DNA of 60,571 bases, from NCBI GenBank assembly GCA_023231475.1, contig JALJEE010002723.1:1-60571 (forward strand), written 5' to 3'. The notes under the pieces were generated by a model. That model was not told where the DNA came from. It searched no databases and saw only the letters and a program-made list of their open reading frames with translations. This document shows positions 23,639 through 38,613 of the stretch, in pieces. The first letter of the stretch is position 1, and each line of letters opens with the position of its first letter. Made by a program: the position numbers and the translations under genes. The stretch is from Seison nebaliae. Taxonomy: Eukaryota.

Positions 23639-23856
23639 CCGGAATGGAGCCAAATTTGGCAAAGTTCCAAATGAAGATATGAGATTTGGCTACGTTCCAA
23701 ATCAAGAAAAAATATTTGGCTACATTCCAAGTGAAAAACAAAGATTTGGCTACCTTCCAAATGGAAAAAAAAGATTTGGCTACGTTCCAAATGCAGATAA
23801 GAGGTTTGGCTACGTTCCAAATGCTTTTTTTTTAAAAAAAATTGGCTACATTCCGG
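23639..23856. mobile_element. MITE-like element: 15-bp terminal inverted repeats enclosing a 30-bp tandem array
   Basis: Left CCGGAATGGAGCCAA (23639-23653) vs right TTGGCTACATTCCGG (23842-23856), 14/15 complementary. Core TTTGGCTACGTTCCAAAT at 23655, 23685, 23715, 23745, 23775, 23805. Confidence 0.65.
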
Positions 23857-24726
23857 TTACGAACGAAATACATTGTTCTTATCAATACCGCTCGAACGAA
23901 TGTTCTCATTTCGTTCGCGAACGCTTTCTATAAAAATTTTATAAAAATTTTACAAAAAAAAATAAAAAATGAATCAAATGACATATATACAGTGAGAATT
24001 TAGGCAGTTATGAAAAAATTTTTATTTTCAAGATGAATGAAGAAAATTTTAGTCGTAGAAAATTTTTATGAATAGAAGATGAAAAACCATTTTATTTTAA
24101 AAATAGTGTTATGAATATTTAGTACTCTTTGATGGTAACGAGGACTGGTAATTCTTGGAGAACAATGTAAACTGTTCATAAATTTAGAAAATGAAATAAA
24201 TTGCTTAATGATTGTAATGTTCTTTTCAAGGCACTGGTGCTTATGTAACAAGTTGATACATTAGTTGCAACTGGAAATTAATAATTGAAATTTTGTGTTA
24301 AATTTTTTTGATAAGTTTAAATAAAAGAATAACCATTTATTAACAATAATGAGAAAGTTGAATGTAAATATAACTGGAATATAACTCCTATGATAACTGG
24401 AAATACGTACAATTGTTTAATTATGGTTGTCGCCTTATTGAAAATTTTGCTTATGTTCAATAAAAACTTCGAATTGAAATGTGGTATTAGTCAAACGTAA
24501 CCTATTTGCGGAAGATTCTATGAATTTGTTTCTTCAGTGAAGATACAAAAGATGGACTTTGATGTTTAAATAAATTAATGTTAATTGTTTTCGATGGTGG
24601 AATAATAAAGAGTTATCGTTCAATTATTAAACATCAACATAAAGAAATTTTATCCATCGTTTGTATAATAAAAAGTAAGCTATTTATTGCAGACAAGATT
24701 TTTATTTTTATTTGAATCATTAGAGA

Positions 24727-26165
24727 ATGACAGAAAATTTGTTAAACTTTTAAATTCATAAGTTCATTTTGAAAAATTATTCAATTTTTAGGAAATCAAT
24801 CGACTTCATTAAGAAAGAAGAAAAGTATCTGGCTCACAATTATGCTCCAGTCGAAGTGGTAATTCGAAGGGCGAAAGGATGTCGAGTGGAAGATGTGGAA
24901 GGACGTCAATATTATGATTTTCTTAGTGCATATAGTGCAGTGAATCAAGGACATTGTCATCCACGGATCGTTAAAGCTATGATAGATCAGGCATCAATTT
25001 GTACTTTGACCTCACGAGCTTTTTATAACGACTGTTTGGGCGACTTCTCTGAATATATGCACAAGATTTTTGGTTATGATAAAGTTCTGCCAATGAATTC
25101 AGGAGTTGAGGCATGTGAGACAGCAAACAAATTGGCGAGGAAATGGGCTTATAAAGTTAAGGGAATTAAAGAGAATCAAGCAGTGACTTTATTCGCGGAA
25201 AATAATTTTTGGGGAAGGTCAATCGCAGCAGTCTCTTCTTCAACGGATCCCTTAGCTTACAAGGACTATGGACCATTTGTACCAAATTTTAAAGTTCAGT
25301 TCATCAACTTTTTTAAGAAATCATTTCTTTTCAAGAATATTCCTTATGATGACGCTGAAGCTTTGGAGAACGAATGCAAGAATAATCCAAATATTTGTGC
25401 ATTTATGTTAGAACCGGTTCAAGGAGAAGCTGGTGTTGTAGTTCCATCTGATGGTTATTTGAAAAAAGTTCGTGATATCACCAAGAAATATAACGTTCTG
25501 ATGATTGTCGATGAAGTACAGACAGGTGTGTATTGTAAATCTTAAATATTTTGAATTGGAATTTTATATAAAAATTTTTATGAAATTTTAGGATTGGGCA
25601 GAACCGGAAAATTATTATGTTCCAATCATGAGAATGTTCGACCTGATATTGTTACGTTAGGGAAAGCGATGTCTGGAGGATTATATCCCATTTCAGCTGT
25701 TTTGTGTGATGATGAAATTATGTTGACAATAAAGGCAGGGGAACATGGATCGACATATGGTGGAAATCCGTTAGCTTGCAAAATAGCCAAAGAAGCAATT
25801 TCAGTTCAATTTTATAAAATTTATAATTTAATATTCTCATCAACGAATTGTAGACTATTATTGATGAAAAGATGTGTGAGAAGTCGATGGAATTGGGAGC
25901 ATACACGATAGATAAATTGAAGGTGATAGCGAAGAAATTTGGAGAAGTGAACGAGATCCGAGGAAAAGGATTAATGATTGCCATCGTTCTCAAAGAGAAA
26001 TCAGACGGAGGAAAACTCAGTCAAATTTTTGCTTCTAATGGTCTTTTGGCAAAATGCACACATAGTCATATAATTCGATTGGCGCCACCACTTATTATTA
26101 CAAAGAAAGAAATTGATGAATGTTTACAAATAATTGAGAAATCCTTAGGGCAATTCACTCGATAA
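24727..26165 (+). CDS. OAT: Ornithine aminotransferase, 5 exons
   Basis: [77 protein letters not shown] lysine in [28 protein letters not shown]. Introns 24741-24791, 25294-25335, 25526-25591, 25804-25853. Confidence 0.97.
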
Positions 26166-27756
26166 AATTAATTAGAAATCATTCAATTAATTGTTCTCAT
26201 AAATCATAATATGAAAATCTATATGCTAAAGTGATATAAAAGAATGCCATTTGACAATTATTATTATTATTATATTTTAAGTCGAAAATATTCTGAAAGA
26301 ATAAACTGTTTAGAAAATTTTCTTCCTATTTATCCAATTGAAGTCAATCGACAAATAAAAAATCAATGTTTGTTATTGTTGTTGGTATTTTGTTTGCTCT
26401 AATGTTATTGTCGATTGTATTTTTTTCCGTCATGTCACTCCATCAAGTGGGTGATGACTTGTGGGAGATGGGAGCTGCTAGGTGAATATACTAATCGTTA
26501 AAGTAAAGACTATTTTGGAGTGGGAGAAGAAGAAGAAGAAGAAGAAAAAGAAGAAAGAAGTCGATAAGGAGAAAATAATTTCATTTAATGCATTGAATTG
26601 GGATTTGATTTAAGAGAAATTAATCTGACCATCGAGACGCAAGGAGAAGAAATTTGATTATGTTAATTAAGAAAATAAATTTTTGTTTCTGTCTTTAACT
26701 GTCGATTGATGTTGAGTGTTTGATAGAAATTGATCATGTTGATAGGAGAAGAGAATATATTAATCTTAATATGATTATCGATTCTTGATGTCTATCTAAT
26801 ATCTTCATTCAAATTAAATGTAATTCATTCAGTTTCTATCAGTAGTACTGATTCAGTACTTGATTTCCTAGTATACTCCAATTATCTAGTTCGACGATGA
26901 AACTGTTCCAAGTGAATGACACATTTTACTCTACTAAAACTCGACTGGAAATAATATAATTCATAGAATATAACTTCTTTCTGATTGAAGACTGTGTAAT
27001 TTTCCAGATTGATTCCTTGATTTAGGGAGATAAGAAGGAAATGAATTTCTTTCATTTGTCAAAAGATGGAATCTAACGAATAATTTGATTTGACTACACA
27101 TTCCTATTCTTCAATTAGCCAACGGCTATGAGATGCTTAGAAATTCTACATAAGATTAAGCATGAGTTATGCAATTCCGATTTTCTATTTAGAATTTATC
27201 ATTCCAATTATAATAATTGTTCCTCTTTCTTTTATTAGGATGATCATCTTCCTCAGATTCCTAATATGAAAATGATGGTAGCACAGCCGTTCTAACTTTC
27301 GGCAATTATTTAATTTCTCTCAATTAACATCAAATATGGTAATGAGATGGAGATGTTGGGAAAAAAAACTAAATTATAAAATAATAAGGTAAATTCTGTC
27401 CTTCATCATTCTCTCAATTCATAATTATTTATCTAATGAATTTCTGCCCTAGTCGTTATTGTTTCTCCTTACAATTCTCCCATTCTCAACAGATATTTCT
27501 TCGTCTAATTCCCCATTGGGATATGTACTACTCATGAGATAATTGATGAATCTATTGGAAAATTTATCAAATGACAAAAACAAATTTTTTTAGAATGTTA
27601 ACGGACAAATAAAATTCTTATTATATTTTCATTGAGAGAAGATGACATCGGACAGACCATGTTAGTCCATTGTTTCTTTTGTAGATGTGATGGTAAAGTA
27701 ACGCATTAAACATTTTTGTAGCAAAATGGAATTTCCTTCGTAAAAGTTTCAATTCG

Positions 27757-28119
27757 ATGTTGAAACCGGATGAAAATGATGCTGAAGATGATGACGACTC
27801 AATGCAGATCATTCATCATGATGAACATAAGATTTCCGATGATGATATATCAATACCAAGTCTGGATGATTCGATTACATCATCTTTATACGACCCTTCG
27901 TATGACGATCATTATTCTTTTGTGAAACGTCAAGAATCTTTGAGATTGAGAAAAAAATTTAAAAATCAAATGAGAAATAAAGAAAGAGAGAATCATCTTG
28001 GAACGAAAATGGCAGTTGCATTATTAACAACGTTGATGGAACAAGAATTATCGGAGCCAACAATAAATCCCATAAAAAATCTTAATATTATGAACAATAA
28101 CAATAACACTACCCCAACC

Positions 28120-28155
<36 letters not shown>

Positions 28156-31100
28156 AATAATAATAATAATAATAATAATATGATTAAGAAAAGTTTAAGC
28201 GGAAACGTTTATGCGAATAGAAATCATAATAGAATTGAAAGAAGAAGTAATCCTCCTGTATCAACATCATTAATAGCAACGAGAATGAAAAGTGGTAGAA
28301 TAACAACAGGAACAAGAACATCTTGGAATGATATGTCTACTATGACAACGAGTTCAAATATGAATCGGAAAGTTAATTCAAATCTGACAAGAGCTTCATG
28401 TCAAGCTTCAAATAATTGCTTTGCTTTCCCGATTAATTCTCATGTGAGCGAACATGCATTGTCTTGCCAGAAACCAAAGAAGAAAGATGGAAAAGTTACA
28501 GAAGCAGAAGTAACAAAGAAGGCGGATTACTGTCTAAGGCAAAGTCAACAGTTGCCACTGTTTAGGAAGAGGAAAGACGACTCATATAATAAGCGACAAC
28601 AATGGGAACGAAGGAATGAATTACAAGTAAATGAATGTTTTATGGGAACGATGAATGAAGAAAAAATGGGGAAAAAAGAAGAAATTGAAAGGAATAGTTT
28701 GAAGAATAATCGTTTCATAAAAAGGAAAGAAGAGAAGCTTCTCACTGAGAAGATGAAGAAGAAGAAGAAAGAAAGCAGAAATGAGATGAATTTGGGAAGA
28801 TTCACTCTTAATCCGGAACAATTACCTTCATTTTTATCTAGAAATCATTTGAGATCAATAAAACATCCCATAACCAACAGTTCAATAACAACATTAACCA
28901 AAAAATTTAATGATAATTCCATTAATAATGGATGTGTTAGTAAACAGGATGGAAGACTGCTTTCTACAACATTTTCTGCACAGAATTTAGTCAGTCTATC
29001 TGCTTCAGATTTTATTAAAAAGAAGAAGAAAAGGAGGAGTATTTCCGATGTTATAAATAGAGAAGAGGTGGAGTATCATCAGCATGAGTGTAAGAAGTGT
29101 GATAGAAATATGCCGACGACGCAAAATGATGAATTCATGAAAAGAAATATGAATGAAGTGTTTTCTTTTCATTCATTAGCATTGGCACAATCTTCCTCCA
29201 ACAAATCAACAGTCGTTACATCTTTGACTTTAATGACTGATCTCCCATCATTATCGTCAAGAACTATACCATCATTACCGAACTCATCGTGCGAATACTC
29301 TCAAGCCCGTCGTAATGAGATGGAAATTGATGTTGGACGACTTCCGATTAGTCAAATGAATGACGACTCTCAACTTGTCTTATCGGTATCATCATCTACA
29401 TTATCCACATTATCGCCAACGATTTTAGATGGAATGGCTCACATTTCTATTGATCCATTGACGATGTCGGGTGATAATTGTCGGAGTATTTTCATGAGTG
29501 ATGGACGTATATCATCGCCCAGAAAAAGTTCGATTACTATAAATTGCTTCGATGATACTGACGAACGAGTCGATATAAGTGAATCAATAAACGAGAATAT
29601 GATGATACATCAGGAGAAATTTGCTGTCAGTATGGAAGAGATTCAGATGAAGAATGTTGAAGAAGAGGAGAGTGGATGTATGTCAATTTCAATGTCAAAT
29701 TCGACGCATTTCATACAATCGAAAGAAAGTATTTTGTTTGGAGAATCATTGTTGTCCGGTGGAGCAAGTGGATGTAATTATAAAAGTAATGTAGAAATGT
29801 TGGGTAGATCACCAACTTCTGACAACTGGGAATTGGAGAATGTATTAAATAAATTGAACGATTACTTGAAATTTATTTCCATGTGTATCTATTATCAGTT
29901 TCGGAAGAATAGTTTTCGAATAATTCCGAAGTCGAACTCACGATTCGATATAACTGGAAGATTTTGGAGAAATAATTTTATACTCTTATCATCAACACCA
30001 TCATCATCCAAACCAGCTCCTTCATCATACTCATTCCCAACATCAACGATAATACCAAAGTGTTCATTTCTTCCTTCTACATCATCAGACCCATTATCTA
30101 CATTTCCAATTGCATCATCCAAATTTATCAACTTTATTTCATCCATATCAACAGCTTATTCATTATCGGCTATTAATAAGAGTGATCAGCAGCAGCAACA
30201 ACAGCAATATCAACAAGAGAAGACGGAGAAGAATGGAATAATCGTAAACAACAATAGTTGTTTGTCGAATAATGAGAAAATTAATTCGTTGAGAAGATAT
30301 GAAAATGATTCGATTCTAATGCAAATGATAGATGCTTATCATTTCCTGATAATGGTGATTAATTATAAAGTAAATAGAACAAAGTACTTGAAGAACGGGA
30401 GGAACGATATTCAGTTTACAACAAATCTTTATCAGGAACCGGGGACGATATTCTCAGAAACAACAACACTCTCATCGACGACAATTCCATTACGTACCGT
30501 CGTTCCCGTACTTACATCGTTCACGACAACAATACCATCATCCACCTCAATTACACGTATGAACGATACGCAAATGTGCAAGTTACTTCGACAACAACTG
30601 AAAAATTACAATGAGTTCGTTTCACTTCCAATTTATTCATCGATTTCTACAATATCCTCTTTCTCCTCAACCGATTCATTGGAGGTCAGCCATGTAACAC
30701 GATTATTTAATAATGCTACTCAAATGAAAGATAATGATTCAATTCTTCCAACATTTCGTCACACAAGCAATTTCCATCCTGATTACTGTTCTCAACAACA
30801 ACAACAACAACAGGATTGCCAACAGCAACAGCAACAGGAAGAGAAGAATGAATGGAAATTATCGGAAACATCGTTAATGTCTATTGCCTCTGCCCGACAA
30901 CAAGAGAACTCTTGTACAGATAATCGATTAATAGATGGAGAGAAGGAAAATGATCTTGAATCTTTCAAATCTGAACCTAATTCCGAAGAAATGTTGAATG
31001 AGATGAAAGGAACATCTTTGTATATCATTCGTTACAATGATGCAACAAGTCAGCGATCGTTGAATGATGGAACAACGGACACGAAAAATTTAGATGAGAA

Positions 31101-34100
31101 ATTTATTCATTCATCTACACCACCTGCGAAGAAATCGTCAAACAATTTACGGAAAACTTCCAAAAAACATTTATCATCTTCATCATCATTATCGTCATCA
31201 ATGGACAATATGGAGAGTTGTCGTAAGAAACCATGTGATACGAAAACATCTTTTCATCATTATTTCAATCGAAATTATGTACAATGTTGTGAAAACAATG
31301 GAAAAGAACAAGTTTCAACAATCAATCATTTTTATAATTATCCCAATCATCGACCAACAACAATAACAACAAAAACTAAAACAACAACAACAACGACATT
31401 AGATCGAGGTGAGTTAAAGAATAAAAGTTGTTATGATAATTCTCCATATGTACAATATCCGGTATCGTCCAAGATGTTGGGAGCTGTTATGGTATCATCG
31501 CCACAAACGATTTCTCATTTCTCCATCAAGACACCAGTTGGATCAATTAAACAAATTAACAATAAATCATATCATTTACCAATTACTAATATGAAACTGA
31601 CTGCGTCTTCACTTAATGGACCAACAACCACAGCTGATCTAATAATTCCAATAACTTCATCTACAACTACCACCATCTCATCTATGTACTCAAAAAGAGA
31701 TAGACGAAAGGTTATATCTTCAGAGAGTAATTCACAAGACGAAGAAAGTATGAGAAGTAATAGTAGTAGAAGACCTTATAGAAGTAACCTGGCAAACAAT
31801 TGGGATATGATGAAGCCAGATTGTGTAAGGAAAGCTGATAATAGAAATGAAAAGAAACTACAACCTCAACAACCTCTGTTATCTTATGAGAAACGAATAC
31901 ACCAGTCTACCGGTAGATCCAGTTAGTAAATCTGTCTACTCATTCCCGTAGCATAAACCATTTGTTTCGATTTTTCCTTTTAATATGAATTCTTCACCGA
32001 TTATTCGAGAATTGTTCAATCAGACTTAATTTATCTGTTCCTAATTAATCCAATAATAAGACTATGCTAATTTGGAACAAAGTAGTTCATACGTTCTAAA
32101 ATCTTCCATCCGTATAATATTCCAATCAGTGGAAGTTTTCTTTAAGGAAATATTTTAATCTAGAAATTTATTTAACTTTTCTTCCTCTGTTTATTTCCTA
32201 TTAGCAATTCAATCAATCGACACATTAGATAGAATGACAATTACATGATGATAAACTTGTAATTTCTTTAAATTAATGAAAATAATCTTCATCTGTCAAA
32301 CATGATTCTTTTAAGTCCCCAATTATTCTGTCTTTCCATCTTTCTGCTCGGCAGAAGGAAGAAGTTAGCCATTTGATTTCCTTTTTCAAAGAAACGATGA
32401 CGATTTTTATATCTCTTTCTGTTCCAAAGTCAATAGACAGTTAAAGGTCAGAATGTTGTGTCAAATTTTATCCTCTTAGAGAATGTCATTGTCACTCATT
32501 CTTTCACAATGGTATGGAGAAATTACAATAAATATATCATGACTAACGTTGTAGAATACGTCATGTAAAAACTTTCACCTAGAAAAAAATATATATATAT
32601 ATATTAGCATTTCTTGAGAAAACTTAAACTTTTCCCATTACTATTCTCATCTGAATAACACAAAATTGTTTTTCAATTTTCATTTTTCATTCCTATTTCT
32701 TCTGATCCAAATCAAAATTTCAACAATTAGTCATCAAATTCGGGATAATAGTTGTAGTTTTGCATTCAGTTTGATAGTATTATATAAACTTAACAAAATT
32801 ATCGGATCTTATAATCTAGTGGAGTATTGAGATGGGGAGAAATCTTCTTCCTGGTTTGTGCGTGGGAGAAAATGAAATTTAATCATTTTGTTAATGTTCA
32901 TCATTATTTGTCGGTCTGTTACACCAAGTCAGTAGAGCAGATGGAAGTAAATGCGAACGACGTATTTCTACAATTATTATCAGTCAACCAACTTAGGAGA
33001 AACCATATAGAATGTAACAAGAATAATTGGTAATAACATTGAGCGAAATTGAGTAGATTCCAATTTCCGTCATCATTATTCAATTAGCCTCTAATGATTT
33101 GAACGAATGAGATTAATCAAATTTCACTGAGGAGAAAACCTTACAATTTCTTCCATAATATTTCCAGAAGGCTGATGTGAATAAGTAAAGAACATGAAGC
33201 TGTAAGTAATTGTTTATTTGTCTAATTGTTATTTGGGTTGACTTGCTAATTGAATTGAATCATAGTTAAATTGATCCTATCAGCAGAAGGAGAGAAATAA
33301 AGAAAGAAAGAAAGAAAAGCATCTAAAGCTTTTTAAACGGCAACAAATTGAAAGAGACTGTCTTCTTTCAGAGAATCATCGGATTCATTTGCCAATTATT
33401 ATTTTCTTCAGTTTTCTATCGCCATATCATTTCTCATTCAATTTCTTTGACTATGCTTCCTTAAAGAGATTTATCTACTAAATGAAGTAAATCAGAATAG
33501 TTCGACCAGCAGCGTCAACTACGTACTAGTTGGGGGAATGATGTTTCTTTCATTAGAAAGGAAATTTACAGTGAAATGAACCAGAACAATAAAGACTAAA
33601 GAAGAAATGGATCGGTAACTTCTTCACAAATTAAGTACAATGGTTAAAATCGAATATATATCGCATATGTAATGAGCGCATGAATAATTATAATCGTCAT
33701 GGCCATGAGATATATGCCGTTATGTAATCTAGTTCTGTTGGTGGGTGGAAGAAAAAGATGACAATTTATTTTGGATGCCACAGTTCCTCTCATAACATCC
33801 ATCACAATTGAACGACTAACAAATTTCACATAAGAAAGAAAGTCGAAATATGTCGTCCCAATCGTAAGTAGTCCACATAGAGTTGAAATGTAGATTGTCG
33901 ATGCTCTCGTAATCCATTCAGATGTGGAGCGGCTGCCATAACAAAAGAATAAGGAGTTAAATGAATGAAAGAATGATTTACTGAGAAGAAAGTAAGGAGA
34001 ATTGGGAAAGGAAAGAAATGCAGTAAAATAGCATACATATACGCCATCGACTCTGACTGGCTGATGTTGTAATAATTAAGTATGAGGGACGGTACATACG

Positions 34101-37100
34101 ATCCGCTTACAATATTCATGTACGAACAAATATGGATATGAATGAGAATAAGAAGAATAGAAAAGAAGAATATGAATATGAATAGTCGTCGAAAGGACTT
34201 TTCAGGTAACTCGCATTATTTGTACTAACTAAATTCTGTTACAGATCAATCTATATGCTCAATATTGCCATTACGAGTACCATTACTGTTGGTGTTCTTG
34301 CTCCATTTCACTATATTACCGCCACTAGTATATTCATCTCTTCTTATTATTCTTCTTCTTCTTCCTCCCTATAAGAATTACTATTTTATACTTTTCTTAT
34401 TGTATGTAACATAGGAAGAATGATATAATAGAAACACAATTAATAATAATCGTATACTACCACGCGTGTCATCGCCCGTATTCATTTGTTGGAAGGGTGG
34501 GGGATCATGTTGAAATGTACTGCGTTTGGTCGAGAAAGGAGTTGTTTATTTATTGTTGAAATATTTCATTACATCAACAGAACCGTTTCCCATTGCCAGT
34601 TAAAAATGGAAATGTTATGAGAGATATTTCCTTAAGAAATAATTAACAAATGACAAATAATTAATTTTTATAATTTTATTTGACATACGATAACTTTTCC
34701 TTGAACGACTTCATCCACATTTCTCGCTTATCGATGTCTTTATACTTATTATCAGATTAGGGGGAGAATATTACTCGAATAGCTATTCCTTCTTTAATTG
34801 TTATTTTTTACAATAACAATCGAGTAGAAATTATTGTTTTTCTTATTCTCATTATTCCACTTTTACCTATTGTTGTACATCAGGAAAAGTTATGATTGTT
34901 TCGAATACGATAGTTTGCATAACCGACGAGGAATAATTGAAGAAGTCAATTTAAAAATTTACTTCTAATTTGCTTCATATCCATCGACACCGATGTGTTA
35001 GGGTGTGTATGCGCGCCTATGTGAGTGTGCTTGTTAAATATTCGATTAGATTACTGAGAAGGAATAATGAAATTTTCTTCTTATCGTCTCTAATATTCAT
35101 AACTAATAAGTTCCATCTCCGATTTATTCTTAAATTACGGAACGGATAAGACTCGGTTATTCTGCGTGATCAATACTATTTCGACTAAGATTTACGGAAC
35201 ATATTAATTATTTTCATCAAATCCATCTCGAACAATGTCGTTGTTGTTGTTGTATATTATCTTCTTCTGGTTATTGGTATGGTTGGTAGGATAGTTCGGA
35301 TGAATAATTATTGTTTAAATGATTCGTTACTCGACATTAGAATCTTATGCAAATATCTCCCACTATTATCAGACGTGACATTAATCGTTACAAAATTCTC
35401 TTCGAAACATATAGACTCCATTGGTTGGAGTGGAATTGAGTTGAACGTGCAAATTTTTCGGAATTGACGAAAAGAATTTGTGGAATATTATTGTCCTGAT
35501 TTCATTCTCTATTGGTTTTCAACGGGAGAATATTATTTTTGTTATTGATATTTTTATTGGACTTTTTTCTTTTCTTCAACGACTTCTTCTTTAACAATTA
35601 ACTAGCTGAATTGATTCATGAGAAAATGAGACTTACTCTTATTTCTCAATCAGTTCTCTCATCTCAATTTTTTTCCTCATTTCGATGTCCTCCATTCAAT
35701 GTCAATTGATTTTTATTTCCGAATTGTTTGTTCTATGACATCTTTAACGAAATGGAATATGTCTTCTTTCAATAAGGAAACCTGATTCATTCGATATATC
35801 TTCTTTCCGATATTCTCATTCTCCTATTTTCCATTTAGATGATGAGAGATTAAGTGATCGTATCTTCTTGCGGTTCGATGATAAAATGGGAGATAATGGT
35901 ATCCCATCAACCAAATACCTGACAACGAAACATACGAGAGAAATCGAAATTGAAATTTCTCCGGACTCTCCTGTACCATTCAAACATCATCATCAAACCT
36001 CTTCGACATTATCGTCCTCCTCACCCGCTTCATCCAAAGACACGCCCACCGTTACTTCACTTTCTACTTCGTCTTCGTCTTATGTCAAATCGATTCATAA
36101 TGAAAATATTAGTAATTCGAATGAGGTGGAATGCAACGGGAAGATTATTTGGGAGTTCCAAACAAAATCTCCTCCAATTAATGCTAAAGGCGGCTTCCGA
36201 ACTTGTATCATGGCCGAACCACCGAAAATTCGAAAGAAGGAAAATTTGACGAAACAGTTTATTAATAATAGTAAAAACCGGAAGACTAACATCGACATCA
36301 CATCAACAACAAATAATAGTAGAAATGATAATGAAAAGAAAAATATATCAAAGACAAATCGACAGAAGAAATCCGGATATAATGATGATAAAGCATTCAA
36401 TTCTGATTTGCGTTCTTATCATCATTGTGATTCATTCATCGACATTGATCAGCCGGCTAATAGATGTCGTTGTGAGAATTGTATTCAGAGACGTCTTTTC
36501 AAGCAAATGAAAATGAAAAAGAATTGTGATAAATATTGTTGTTCTCATGACAATTGTATGAGTTGTACAGATCATTTACCCATCAAATGTCCTCAACAAA
36601 TGATGACTCATCATTTAAACAATAATAATACTCATGTAGATAATCGATGTTTTGTTCCATCCTACAGGAAACAAGTTCACTTCAACAGTTCATCTTCATT
36701 ACTCTCTTCCATTTCAACGATATCGGATGATGATATTCAACCACAATCGTGGTGTGAATTGGCAAATCTCATCGATCGACAACATCATAAAGTTTTTGGA
36801 TTCTGTAAATGTAACGAATGTGATAATTGTGGAATGATGAGGAAAGAATCTTATGATGATACTATTTGTCCATCAACATTTAATCATCCTTCACGAACTC
36901 GGAAACCGGTTATGTCACCGAACTCTTGTATGTCCAATAGAAACCATTCGTCCAATTGCTACCTCAACAAACCATATTGTGCTAATTGTTCGAAGAATTT
37001 CAGTGGAAAACTAAAAAGTTGGAAATCGAATGAATATGCACAATCGTCTGATAATCTTCCACTTTCTAATGAATCGCAAAATTGTTGGGAAGGATCGTAC

Positions 37101-38297
37101 CCGTCTAGTACGTTCGATGATAGACATTATTCCAATAATTGTTTTTCTTGTAAAGACTGCTCAGAACTCTATCGTAATAATTCGATGCGCTCAACCCAAT
37201 TTGATAATCAGCATCATCGTTCCAATTTTGAAACACATCACAGTCATTCTCACCAATCACGTCCAACAGCATTTGATGGAAATAATATGAGAAAAATAAA
37301 ACATTCATCTTCATTAAATGATCGTTCTTTGATAACTTCATCCAATAACATTTCAAAAAACTCTGGGACTATTAACAATTCTTCACTTTCTATTTCTAAT
37401 GATAAATTTGATACTTTACCATCTAAGACACCAAAAGATTTGTCACAAAAAGCGAAGAGTAAAAGAAAAAAGACCAATTTATTTCATGTTTTCCAACGAA
37501 CATTTAATTTCAAAAAATCTCCAAATATTTCACCAAGAATCTTAGATAAGAGACATCAACCACCTAGTCAATCAAATATCAACATCCAAGATCAAATTCC
37601 ATCACAGCGAAGATATAACAAGCAACATGTTGTAAAGGATGATGGCCGTCAACCCAAAAGTTCTTTTAGAAGAATAAATTCTATAAAGAAATTATTATCT
37701 CCTACAGAACCGAGTAAGAGGAAACTTCAAATGTCCAAAAAGAATTCGTCGATCCTCAAAAATACAAATAGTTCCAATGACAGTAAATGTGGAAGATGTT
37801 CCAATATTAATCGTTATCACGGTGTATCTTTTGCCCCTCAAGCTCCTGCTAAAAATCAACCAAACTATCCAACTTATAATTTTCCCAATTCATCTAATCA
37901 AAATACTAATCCACCGTTCGATTTCTCTTGTCCTTCCCAACAACAATCTGCACCAAAATGTAATTCATTCTATTACAATCATCCACATCATTCACATTCA
38001 CATTCGCAACCTCATCATCATCATCATCTTCGGCATCATCAACAATCAAAGCATGCTGCACAACAGCAACAACAACAACAACATACGAAGAATAACAATG
38101 TTTGTTCTTTTAAAAGAAATTCGACATCTGAAGCTCAATATCGTCCGGTCGTTTATGATACTTCTCCAGTGAACTTCTCAAAAATACCGAATGAATTGTC
38201 GAACACTATTATCAATAATGATAATTATTTCGATCTTTCCGAACAGACATCAAAATATCCGAATAAAGTGTCAAATACACAATTTCATAGAAAATGA
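27757..38297 (+). CDS. Large low-complexity (S/N/Q/T/H/C-rich) orphan protein; two giant ORFs (27757-31921 and 35839-38297) probably joined by a ~3.9 kb intron, ~2,200 aa
   Basis: 1389-aa and 809-aa stop-free ORFs in very AT-rich DNA cannot be chance. Phase-1 donor TCCA|GTTAGT at 31922 is frame-compatible with the polypyrimidine acceptor TTTTCCATTTAG| at 35838. No domain recognised; the join is inferred. Confidence 0.6.
28118..28180 (+). repeat. Coding (AAC)n(AAT)n trinucleotide repeat encoding poly-Asn
   Basis: aacaacaac...aataataat within ORF 27757..31926. Confidence 0.9.
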
Positions 38298-38613
38298 ATT
38301 TTTTCCGATTCCTCTTTCATTATTTAAATTTCCTTATTTTCCATTTATCTACTAATCTTCTTTTAATATACAAGATTTTTGAATAAAATAATGTAAATAG
38401 TTGAAACGAATCTTGCTCCTTCCCATTAGTAAAATAGAATGAGAACAATAATTGAAAATACGTCCTATGGTTTTTTCATGGCGAACCTGCGGAGATTCAT
38501 AATTATCTCCGTATTATGATCTTATTACCAAAAATTTTCAAATTGTTCATTAAATTTGAGACTAATCTTTAATAGGAAAAATCGTTAAATTTCTTCTTGT
38601 TCTCCTCCACATT

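Noticed and set aside
23655..23856. CRISPR array
   Set aside because: Eukaryotic context, no cas genes, spacers only ~12 bp and related to each other; explained as a 30-bp minisatellite within inverted repeats.
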